A stretch of 64,000 bases of DNA, taken from the NCBI GenBank assembly GCA_964016885.1, contig OZ024755.1, forward strand, positions 21,762,001-21,826,000, written 5' to 3'. Positions 1 through 11,800 of this stretch are shown here, one piece after another (within the stretch, counting starts at the first letter, position 1; each line of letters opens with the position of its first letter). Both the position numbers and the translations under genes were made by a program. This stretch comes from Eledone cirrhosa. Its lineage: Eukaryota. Below the pieces are notes generated by a model. That model was not told where the DNA came from. It worked only from the letters and a program-made list of their open reading frames with translations, and ran no database searches.

Positions 1-1092
1 CCACTTGAGGCAAGATTGATCGGGTGACTGTGTCTCGCTTGTATAGGACTATATCATGTATATATATATACAATCAGACCTGGACACAATGCAGCAATGG
101 ATCACAGACTGGCAACTGAAGCTGGCTGTGGACAAGTGTACCACCATGCATTTTGGAAGGAAAAATCCAGCGTCCACATACTCCCTCCACAACACTGACA
201 TCAAAAAGTCCTCTTGTGAACGTGACCTGGGCATTACTGTCAGCAACGATTTGCGTTGGACAAAGCATGTCTCTAAGATTGTCAAGAAGGCCGAGGGTGT
301 CTTGGCATCACTCAGCAAGACCTTTGTTAGCCGCTCTCCAGCCATCTATTTAAAACTGTATACAGCTATGGTGCGACCACACTTGGAATTCGCATCATCA
401 GTCTGGAACCCCTATCTTGCTCAGAACATTGACCTCCTAGAAACTGTTCAGAGACGTGCAACCAAGCGCATACCCTCCATCAGACACCTACCATACTCTG
501 AACGGCTTGCTTCCCTGGGCATGGATTCATTGAAGCTCCGACGTCTGGCAGTGGACTTGGTGAATACCCACAAAGTTTTTAACCATCTCGCCAACTGCAA
601 CCCTGAGCGCCTCTTTGATCTCCATGTATCTAACACACGTGGACATGCCTACAAGATAAGAAAACAGCACAGCTCCCATGACTTTCGCAGACATTTTTTC
701 ACGCTCAGAGTTGCTGAAACATGGAACAAACTGCCTGCGTCAATTGTTAGCTGCCGAGACACTGCATCCTTTAAGACACTCATGCTTCCCGAAATACGCC
801 AAAACTACACCTGATGTGCCCCTTCCATACACATGCACACATGTGTGCACTGTTCATTTTACTGATGTTTGTGCATTGCCCTATGTACTGTACATGCACT
901 TTTTTGATGGGTTGTGGTGCACCTGGGCACTGTGCACAATATTTCATTATTGTTATTGTTATTATATCATGACTCATACACTGTTTATTTTCCTGACATT
1001 TGTACATTATTCTATGTACTATACATGCACCTTTGATGAGTTGTAGTGCACCTGAGCACTGTACACAATAATTTCATTATATTATATTATTA
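1..1092 (+). mobile_element. CR1-like LINE 3' end (RT C-terminal ORF 56..814, 3' UTR, (ATT)n tail)
   Basis: RDLGI, LYTAMVRPHLEFASSVWNP, LETVQRRATK, WNKLP motifs; 3' UTR repeated at 23259-23665. Confidence 0.92.
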
Positions 1093-1094
1093 TG

Positions 1095-1731
1095 AGTACG
1101 GAGTAGGCAGACCCAGAAAAACCTGGGACGATTTGATAAATTCCGACCTTACACACTTACACCTCTCTAAGACAATGTCACTGGACCAAGATCTTTGGCG
1201 CTACACAGTAATACAGAAGACTCGCCTTGCCTAAGTACAAAGCAAAACCTACAGTCAGTAGGCACCTCTTAACCAAATATACACATCCCTCCCACTACCC
1301 CAACTCCCCCATCAACACCACCTTTTCTCTGTAAAGTTATGTTGGTACCACAACATCCAGTCCAAAATAATTGTTTCTACTTTTGGCACAAGGTCAGCAA
1401 TTAGCCAGTACATTACTGGTACTTTATTTTATCGACCCCCGTAAGGATGAAAGGCAAAGTTAACAACATCTAGTCCAAAATAATGAGGTTGTGTATGTCT
1501 CACGACAAAAAAACACAGTCCCCGCTGTAATGTGGCCGTGTAGGTAACACGGTAAAAACCTCCCAGTCCACACTGTAAACGTGGTTAGTGTTAGGAAGGG
1601 CATCCAACCGTAGAAAACCTGCCAGACAGCCCTATACGAGCGAGACGACCAATCTTGCCTCAAGTGGGACAATTCCCATCTAAACCCATGCTAGCTTGGA
1701 AGATAGACGTTAAGCAGTGATGATGATGATG
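1095..1731 (+). mobile_element. RTE LINE 3' fragment with (GAT)n tail, interrupted by a truncated SINE at ~1372-1462
   Basis: GRPRKTWDDLINSDL, same family as 56630-58954. Confidence 0.88.
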
Positions 1732-1741
1732 ATATATACAT

Positions 1742-2332
1742 ATATAGGCATAAGAGGAATCAGATGCAGTGTGCAGGAGAGGAGATTGCATTGGTATGGA
1801 TAGCAGCTGTATAAAAAAGTGCAGAGCGCTCAAAGTTGTGGAGTGGGGAGACCCAGGAAGACTTGGGATGAGAGGATAGAAGCTGACTTTGCCCATTGCA
1901 CCTCTCTAAGGTGATGACACAGGACAGGGATCTCAGGCGTTTCGCAGTAATACAGAAGACCATGGGCACAGTCTGAAGATGAGGCATATGTATAATATGC
2001 AGCACCCTACACATCTCCCATGAGGACAAGCTGAAGTATATATCCAGTGAAGCCTCCAGCCTAGACTGTAAAGTAGTCGTGATGGTGACACGACAAAAAG
2101 CGCCCAGTCCACACTATAAAGTGGTCGTGTAGGTGTCATGACAAAAACACCCAGTACTTACTGTAAATGACGTTGGTGCTAGGAAGGGCTTCCAGGTGTA
2201 AAAACCAAGCCAAAATCAGTTCTGTATGAGCATGACATGATCACCTAACCTAGCATTGCTCACAACAGGATAACAGGATAACTCGTCTAACCCATGCCAG
2301 CGTGGAAAAAAGGACGTTAAACGGTGATGATG
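1742..2332 (+). mobile_element. Degenerate RTE LINE 3' end
   Basis: IRGIRC..RRLHWYG-like remnant, RTE-type 3' UTR, (GAT)n tail. Confidence 0.75.
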
Positions 2333-2342
2333 ATATAGACAT

Positions 2343-2396
<54 letters not shown>

Positions 2397-2947
2397 TTAT
2401 ATGTATACACGTATCAGTTGAGGCTCCTAGTGAAGATAATTGGTTATTTGACGACCTAGCCTCGCCATCACCGGCGGCAATGTTAGCTTAACTAAAAAAA
2501 TCATTACAAGGAAGCCCCATCATTCCTATATAAATCGTTTTCTTCTAATTCTTATCCAACGATGAAGAGAAGAGCCAGACTGTTAAAAGCAGTTACAGCC
2601 ATGTTTAGTAATGTACATTAGACATGAGAGATCCTTAGTGAAAGTGAGGCTTAGTATTTGGAGGGAACTCCAAATTCATGTTGTTAATGTTTAAACGTGG
2701 AGAGATGCAGTGATATTTTAGTACCACAGACATATATTAAACGAAGCAAACAAACAATTAGCCTGTTAAAATTCAAACACACCTCCATTTCCTCAAAAGG
2801 CGAACCTAATATGTACTTTTGCATCTCTGTGTATATTTTGTTCCATTTATCAACTATTTTTCCACGCTTACGCGGCCCACCTGCCATTCAAACCTGGATA
2901 ATTACCCTCAACTGGATTACCATGGATTAACCTGACTCTGGAATGCT

Positions 2948-2985
<38 letters not shown>

Positions 2986-3320
2986 ACACACACATCTATA
3001 TATATATAGACATTTATAAATGGAGATACCTACTTACCTTGGACTACACAAGATGCTGGGTGGCTGAATGTGCTGTTATGATGGAATACACCCAAGGTAA
3101 GTTCCATAAGTTAACTTTTATATGCATTGAAAGACATTTGGTTGTTTATTTTTTAGGATTTGCCTGCTATTTCTAGTTTATTGAGCGATCGCATAGGGAC
3201 TTTCTCTGTTGAGATGGGCTAGAAATTACAGCCAAATCTCCCTAAAAAAATCTACTGAAGGATACAATGCAAAGTGTCATCTTCGACATACAATATGAAT
3301 ATATATATATATATATATAT

Positions 3321-3506
3321 GGGAGAAAGTATGACTTCGACGGCAGAGCTCAAGCCGTTTCGACGGCTATTTCTGAAATAGCCGTCGAAACGGCTTGAGC
3401 TCTGCCGTCGGGGTCATACTTTCTCCTATTACCCACTCTACTACCCTAAGTATTGAGTACTCTGGAGCGTTATGGTCCATCTGGTTCCTTACCACAACTA
3501 CTTCGT
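3321..3506 (+). mobile_element. (TA)n-embedded foldback element (52-bp arms) with the 3' half of a hammerhead and the conserved tail stem-loop; probable Penelope-like terminus
   Basis: Palindrome 3322-3426 centred at 3374; GAAA-CGGC..GCCG-UC in each arm; tail 3435-3458; decayed relative at ~24298-24437. Confidence 0.6.
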
Positions 3507-4794
3507 TATATATATATATATATATATATATGCATATGTGTGTGTGTGAGTTTACGCGCGTGTGTATGTCTGCAGGTCATAAAACGGGTAAATTTGGGGA
3601 GTGTATATATTTGCCACAGGGTATCATTAAGGAAAAAGTAATTATAATTCTGTGGTAGTTTTGTAAAACATTTTATTTCAGTTGTTGATTCTGTCAATCT
3701 CGCATGTTGGAAAAGGCAAAAGAGTCACTGACTGGTGTGTTTTATAGGCTTGCTACCTCTAATACAAGGGTAAATGGTAAAAACCATCGACTCTCTAACA
3801 ATCCACTATTAACACTCAAGCTTCTCTAATTCATACAATTGCTGCAAATGCATGTTATCAGTTTTAAGGCGCTTTAAACTGGTTCAGTACCACCAACAGA
3901 CGACAGTTGACTACTGATGAGTGATTACCTCCCCTTGACTATATTTGAACCAAATATCTGCACACACGCATTTATCTTCCAATGCCCGATTTTTCTCTGA
4001 AATCACTCGGGGTTCGTCGTTCAATTACTCGTACGTTATAAATCTAGTGAAGCATGTTCGATTCGTGTACATATAGAATTGTATATATTATGCATAGTCG
4101 TGTACGCGCATATATATATTTTTATATTTATTTATATATATATATGTATATGTAGTATAAAATATCCGTGTGTGGTAAAGAAAGTAGTGTAAGAGCTGAT
4201 ATAATATTTGTTTATGTCCATACTCAAAGCAAAAAAGGGCTACCTTAGTTTTCAATGCCCAGTTATGGTCACCTCCCCGTACGTACTGTGCTTGGTCTGG
4301 GGAGCTGGTCATTACTAGACATTGAAACGAAAGTTAGCGCTTTCCTATTCTGTGTATGAACATAAACAAAGAATATATCATCATCATCACCATTTTATGA
4401 ACGCTTTTCCCTGCTTGCAAGGGTAGGACGGGTCCTCTTCAGCACAACATCTTCTCCGTGAGCTTCCGCGATCTGAGGTCTGCTCTCACCACCTCCGCCC
4501 ATGTTTTTCATGGTATCCCTCTCATATATATATATATGGGATCCGACGAGCCGCAGATTACAGAGTCAGGTAAGATCGATACAGATCGAACCGTGAGCTG
4601 ATCAGTGGCGAAACGCGTCACCAACCAATAAATGTAATGAAGGAGTAACCAATCGTCCTTGTTTTCTTTTCGCTATAATACACTGTCTAGCTCTACATCT
4701 CAACACTGAAATGAAACTAAACATCGAGTGCTCACCCGGGTGAACCTACAGTAACTCCAAGTTACAATCCCTGGATATTTATATATATATGAGA

Positions 4795-6128
4795 AAACTC
4801 CTCGCTGTAGTTTTTAGCCTCTACTCTGCTTTTTCCTTTATGGATAGGGCATATTATGCCTTCGTTTAGCTCTCTAGGTAGTTTACTGCTAGTCAGAGAA
4901 CTTCAGAAGAGGATCTTCAGTGGTTTTGCTAAAGCACACTTGCATGTTTTCAGGGGGATTGCTGGGAATCCATCAGGTCAAGCAGCTGAGCTTGCTCTCA
5001 TTTCTTCGATGGCTGATATTACATCTTCCTCTATGTCGTGCTGTGGCATCAAAGAATTCCCCTGGCTTTCTTATTTACATGTGCCACATTGAGAGTGTGA
5101 AAACACTTTTGTACTGATCATTCAGTATCTACTTATCCCTTGAGGATCCTCGGTCAATGAGCCATTTTTAAGGAAAAGTGGCCCAATCTTGCAGTGTACC
5201 GAGGCAGCATCTTTTGCAAATTTAAGGAAGACCTTAGGGTTTGTTTTAATATTTTCTAAGGCCTTGGCTTCCCCCTCCTCACGGGAAAGTTTGAGTGCAG
5301 TTTCAATTTGAAGCAGTGCCTGCTTCAGATAGAGTTCCTTCTTGTTCTTCTGTTGTGCATTTAACAGATTTGAGATCTTTGTTCTTCATCTCATAAGGAT
5401 TTTCCTGTCTTTTGGAATAAAATGTTGGGTCTGTTGGCCTTTTTTTGTTTCAGGACAAAATTATAGTATATGGTTCGTATTGTTGTCATGAAATGTTGAA
5501 ATTGCACATTGGTGTCTTGTGTGGAAATGTTGCTCCAGTTTTGCTTCAGGATCTCTTCCTGGATCCTTTGCCAGTTAGCCATGTGAAAGTTTAGGCTGGA
5601 TAGATTCCTGGTGCTTCCTATTGGTTGTGTCTCTACTGATTCTCTTGAACCATATATCATTGGTTCTATGTTGGGATCTGAGAAAATCGTGGGTGTCACC
5701 ATTACATTGTGGATGTGCACTGCGCTATTTGTAAAGCAGAGATCCAGAAGATTCTCACCTCTTGTTTAGTGGAGTACTACTTGTTCCATGAACAGCCTGT
5801 TCGTGAGGTCTAGCAGGCACTGTCTATGTCTGAGTGCTGTCATTCCTGGGAGGAGGTGGCCTTCAGGCCATTTGACCATGGGTAGGTTAAAGTCTTCCAG
5901 CAGCAGTATGTTGAGACACTGATCTAGTTTGCCAAGGACTTCTTCCAGCTTTCTGAGGCTATCTTCAAACTTACCTTCATAACTAGGGGTGTCTGGTGAC
6001 TGATATGTGACACACATTACCATTTTGAGTTGCTTTACATGTACTATCAGTGTGTCACAGACTAAGTTGCAATGTCTCAACAGTACAAAGCAACTCCACC
6101 ATGAGTTCTGTCCTTCCTGCCAGTACAA
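4795..6128 (-). mobile_element. Decayed LINE (APE endonuclease to pre-RT region, CR1/Jockey-like)
   Basis: ORF remnants YQSP...LLEDFNLP..W, LFMEQVV, NFHMANW; many stops. Confidence 0.8.
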
Positions 6129-6413
6129 AATACAATATACTTTGGTATGTGTAATTCTGTACCTGCTATACTATATATCATTATAGTAATTACATTAATA
6201 ACGAAGAGAAATTTACAAAAATATTTTTAATAATTTGACACACACACACATACTGTCATATGTATATATAGAGACGGAGAGAGAGAGTAAGAACAACGAT
6301 TGACAGATAGACAGACAGACAGATTACAGACCGATAGATAGACATATGGATGTATATATATATTTTCAAGTCATATGGTCAACACTTGTAAAAAGAATAA
6401 ACATATCTCTTAA

Positions 6414-6618
6414 CCCTTTAGCATTTAAACCGGCTGTATCTGGCCAGAATTCTCTCACCTCTTTCTGTTCAAACTGGCTGTAACCAGCCGTTCATACTGA
6501 TGTTAAGATATTGTTCGCAAAATAAATATCAAAATTTCATAGGTTTGATATTATGTGAGGTAAAGCCTTTAGCATGAAAATATAATACTAAATGTAGAGT
6601 AATGTAAATGCTAAAGGG
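6414..6618. mobile_element. piggyBac-like MITE
   Basis: TIR CCCTTTAGCATTTA, TTAA on both sides (6410-13, 6619-22); two further copies in the window. Confidence 0.85.
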
Positions 6619-7307
6619 TTAAACATTATAACAAAACTTACATTCTTTTATTAAGTAGGTTAAAATTATTAAAATAAGAAAAGTACTTATAAAAATCATA
6701 TTTTATTAATCTGGAAATATGACTTGAAATTACACACTATACAGTATGTGACATTTCATTTTAATTAGATAATTACCATAATTAATAAAAATATAAATCT
6801 TTTAATGAAGACAAATTTAACAGAAAACAAAGTTATGCAGTAAAAAAAAAAATTGAATATTGCAGAATGAGGTGAATTTGGATTTAAAAAAATAATTTTG
6901 GTTTAGAATTATTGGTTTCAGTTAAAATTTTCATTTATTATCTATTGAAATTGATAATAATATGGATTAGTGTCATCTGGGGCCATCTTTAAGTTCTTTA
7001 AAAAAGATGAATAGTTTAAACTATCGAGCCAGGAGGAGATAGAGGGTTAAGTTAATCCTTCTGAGGTTTAAATTCAGAAATATATCTTGAGTCATATATT
7101 CTGACTTTTTATCTTCAAAAGTACCATTGCCATAAGTGAGATAATATATATACAGAGAGAGGACATGTTTCACCAGATAGATTTGGGTTAAAAATCCGGT
7201 CGCAGAATCATGTGTCCTCAAGTATGGTTTACTAATTTGTTGTGCAACCAACTCTATACTGAACTCATTCCCTGTTTTTTACCACTATATATATATAAAA
7301 TGTACAT

Positions 7308-7497
7308 TATTATGGCTAACTGATGACTCCTGTTACTCTGGAGTTTCCCGTGTGTATTCCCAGGATCATCATTCAAGATTGAGTGCACAAATGAAACTCC
7401 TGAGGAACAAGACTCATTAGTTATCCATAATAAAGAATATTGTTAAATTCTACTTCGGTATTGAGTACTCATTTTCGCATCTGTCAACATCACACTG
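7308..7497 (+). mobile_element. Decayed inverted hammerhead-type element with tail stem-loop
   Basis: Imperfect IR 7308-7347 / 7393-7432; minus strand reads UGAUGA..GAAA-CUCC..GGAG-UC; tail 7447-7466; flanked by (TA)n. Confidence 0.5.
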
Positions 7498-8724
7498 ATA
7501 TATATATATATATTAAACCCAGAATTCAAGGAAATTAGTGGTGGTATGCATTGGCAAAAATGATTTACTGAAATTCATAAATCTCATCTCTCCAGAGCAT
7601 ATCTAAATTTCCTTCCTTGAACATTCAACTCTTGAAAGAGTTGTAGGGGGACAGTGATGACATACAGTGTGTCTTGGACATTTAAACTTGGTGTAACTCA
7701 TCCCTCTCCAGGTATGACCATAGCTGACTATTTTTTTTTTCAGAGAGAAACTGAGGAAAAATCCACCTCCAATATTAGACTAGTATTTTATTTATTAAAC
7801 CCCACCAGATGGTTGAATAGCAAAATTAACCTCAGCAGGATTTGAACTCAGAGCTCAAGAGAGCTGGAATGTATACTGTAAAGCTTTTGATCCAACATTC
7901 TAATGACTCTGCCAATTCAATTTTATTGAATATACCACATTATCTTAGATTTGATTATTTTAAATTTAGATAATATAAACTCTTTTTTTTTTTCAAAGAA
8001 TTTTGATTTAAAAACAAAAATGATGCATTTTTGAATTAATGAAAAATAATAATAATGATAATAATGATTATAACCAATGAGCAGTGTTTATGTTGATTTG
8101 CTACCTTCACCATCCTCTATTCATATTCCCTGAACCAACAAACAAAGCTCTGAGGCTCTGTCAAACATCTTATTCATCCTATTAATAGAATTTCTCAAGT
8201 TTGTTTGCTGTCCACGTGAATGCCAAGCTTTATGTCTGTGTTGAGGCAAACTACTATTATGTAGAGGATAATTTTTTTCGTTGATCCAGTCATTATTGAA
8301 CCAAACTACTTCTTTGTCTTTTAGAAGAACCTTACATATAAAGGCACTGTTTGTTTGTTGGTTGCAGCAGGCCTCCTTCCAAACTACAGATTCTTCCCAC
8401 TTTTAAAATAATACTATTAAATATGATTTCATACATAATAGTTTAGATGGAAATTCTACAATTTCAACATAACTCAAGTAATAAAACAATTATAAACAGT
8501 TCTTATTTGGATGGAAAACTATTAAGAATCACTAAAAATTATTTTAAAGAATGTGTTGTTTTTAAAAAAAAAAAAAAAAAAAAAGGAAACCAACAGAATC
8601 ACAAAACTAACTATATTTTGAAATTTTAGAGCTGTTGGTTAATCTTTCAAACCAACACAATGGAAAAATTGGTTATATTTTTTTAAAAAAATCATAATGC
8701 TGTTATTTAAGCTTTCAATTTCCA

Positions 8725-8820
8725 TCACAGTTTAGCAACTGGAATTTTAAGTTTCAAAGTCCCTAGTTTCATTGCAAGGGCAACTTTTCCCGATACTTTC
8801 AGCTTACCACTCATGAAAGC
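8725..8820 (-). CDS. SCP2: SCP2 exon 18, last coding exon ([31 protein letters not shown])
   Basis: 96 nt including TGA; PTS1 AKL. Confidence 0.95.
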   Translation of the reverse strand, partial: AFMSGKLKVSGKVALAMKLGTLKLKIPVAKL

Positions 8821-11800
8821 CTACAAAAAGAAAGAAAAATTTATGTAAAATGTAAAGAACTACCTAGAATTGGAATTAAAAATAAAAGAAAGAATTATTT
8901 TGTAAATGTAAAAGTATAATTATTTTTGAATTAATATTATGGAGCTGTTGCCCATGTAGGGATGTCTCCTCTCTCCCCAATACTGATGTTGTCCAAAGGA
9001 AAGGCAAGGACTGATACAGTTTGTCACCAATGGCATTGCAGGTAAACTCAGAACTGAAAGGGCCATATGAGATACGGTGAAGTATCACATCTGTTGCCAT
9101 ACCAATCCACCACTCTGGGCTGGTACTTTATTTTATTGACCTTGAAAAAATGAAAGGCAAAGATGTTTCTAGAAATTATCAAAGTACTTTAACTCACCTG
9201 CTGTGCATTAAGTTTTCCAGACATCAAGAGTGGGAAATTTTCATCTGATAACTTTATTGTACAGTCAGCCTTCTCTGAAATTCAAAAGACAGAATATTTA
9301 GTAGTGCTAGCTTATTTTAATAATGATGATAATAAAGTAAATTTCTTCACCTCATGCTTGCAGCTACTAAAAATTCTAAAGTCTGTCTCGAGCCTGGAGG
9401 CTCATTAGACCAGTTTCCATGGCATTAAGGGACTAAGAGTACAAGACCTTTCGCCGGACAGGACATCAGTCCATCGCAGGGTTAAACCCCCAGCTACTAT
9501 TGGTACTCATTTTCAGTTGAGTATACAAAGTGTTTTGCTCAAGAACATAACCCAGTCCAGAAATCAAATCCACAACATTATGATCGTAAGTCCAACACAC
9601 ACTTATCACTTGGCCATGCGGCTGCTACCACCAATACTTCTGTGGTCAAACATCAAACTTTAAAATGGATATTTGCATGAATCCACACATTTTTGAAGAT
9701 GAAAATAATATGAAAAGATACTAACTATCCAGTCCATAGGCCACATCTCCAGTACCGTTCTTCAAATCTACTATCCATTTTCCAGTAGTATTGCTTGGAC
9801 CATTGGTTATTTCAAAACAGTAAATTCCTTGAATTTTCTTCACCATAGCAGCACCATCCTAAATAAAATAATAAACTATGTAAAAATATTTACTTTAAAA
9901 GAAAAAAATAGCCTAAAAAATATATACCAATCACTATTTCAGAGAAAAGCAGACTTTAAATTCACTAAAACTGACATAAAAATACATTTAAAATTATTAA
10001 AACTGATGCTTTGAAACTAGTATAATTGAAAGTTAGAGAAAAAAGGGCAATGGCCATAACCCTTTTTCAGGGTATCTGAGAATAGTGGTGGGGAGGAATC
10101 CTCAAACCAGGGACTTAGTCTGAAAGCTTGTAATACAGTGGGCTCTGCTGAAGGTACCCAAGAACCAGGTATGGGTATTAATTTGAAAAATGGATTAAAA
10201 TATCACCTAAATAGATTCACAGTGGAATTTGAAGTCAATACAAAGACCTGGAAGAAATATGGAAAGGCATCTTGTCTGATGCTCTAAAGATTCTGCAAAT
10301 CCACCATCCTAGACTGGTACATTCTTCATCAACTCCAAAAGGATGATGGTCAAAGTTGACTTTGGTGACATTTAACCATAGAGAACAGAGAGCTAAAAAA
10401 TACAGCAAAGTATTTTGTTCTGTTCTAATGATTGCTAATTTGCCACTGACATAGAAATATATTTTGAATAATTTCAACTTTCATCTAAACTCTTCTTCTT
10501 TGCCCACTTATTCCACTCTGTGTAAGAAGCAACTGTCACCAATTGATCTGGCAGTATCCTTAAGCAAGACCTGCTGAACTCATGGATGCTATCCAACCAT
10601 CTAGCTCAAGGTGGGTCTACTCCTAGGTCTTCTGTAAATTTACTTTGCCTGTAAAATCTGTCCAGCGATTCTTGCCTGACGCCTTCTAACCACATGCCCA
10701 TAGTATCGGAGCTATGATCTCTCAATTCTTTGTGCGTCCATCCCACACCTCCCAGGACAGGTTTCATTTAAACTAATCATTTTAAACTGTAGATTAATTT
10801 GGATAATCAAAGGATAAGACAATGTTTTCATGTTGTCCAGTTTTAAAGGAGAATCTATTGTATCAACCTCTTTAAAACTACCTTGACTACAATAAAAATA
10901 TGTTAACCACAGTAAAGCTTTTACAATGTTTAGTGAAACAAACTTGTTAATATCTTACAGTGACGATCTGCTGTTTAATCATTTCAAACACAGGATAGGA
11001 TTTAAAATCCTTTTCTGTTTCAAAACTGACATTAGACATGCTCAATGTTGATTTCCTACAAAAATACAAATGACATTTTATTTCAATATGCAATCGTTTT
11101 AAAAAGTTCTAACAATAATAACAACATCTTGTTATTAAAACATTTTATAACATCAAAGCACAATATAATTTGTTTTGTAATTAATTAATTAATTAATTAC
11201 AAAATTTAGAGTGGAAATAATTGATAAAATAACACTATACAGAGTTATGGTCAGAGAACTGGTGTGATAACGTTAGAGTGAATAAGTTTAAGGTTTGAGG
11301 AGTTTCTTTACATTCTGACAGAAAAGAAAAGCTTTAATATGATGTGTACATGAAAGAGATACCATTGATATATTAGATTAGAAAATACTAAAGACGAGGA
11401 CCTGAGGGTTATATTAAGTTATAATAGATTAAGTAGATAACATAGAACATGAAATGTGTACAAGAATTAAACATTAACTGGTAAGATGCAGACTACAATA
11501 ATTGATCAATTGGAACGGTGGAACCTTGCTACCTCATGTAACACAGCTCAAGAGGGAGGACCTTCGCAACTCTGGAGGGAGGTCCTACACAGCTCAGGAA
11601 GGAGAACCTACATTGGAGGATCTACAACTGAGCTCAGGAGGTCTTACACAGCTCGAGAGAGGATCTACAACTAACAACTAACGATACAGTTTGCATTTAT
11701 GTTAGATTGTGCCAATTCTCGAAGATATAATAATAAGAATTTATAAGGACACCCCCCTCTCATTCACCTCCCTTAGCGGTAACCATACCTCCCCTACTAC

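Noticed and set aside
7319-7345. + strand CTGATGA as a ribozyme core
   Set aside because: It is the reverse complement of the post-cleavage strand of the minus-strand motif; there is no suitably placed GAAA and stem III on +.
6600-8724. SCP2 polyadenylation site
   Set aside because: Several AATAAA/ATTAAA candidates in AT-rich sequence; cannot choose without transcript data.
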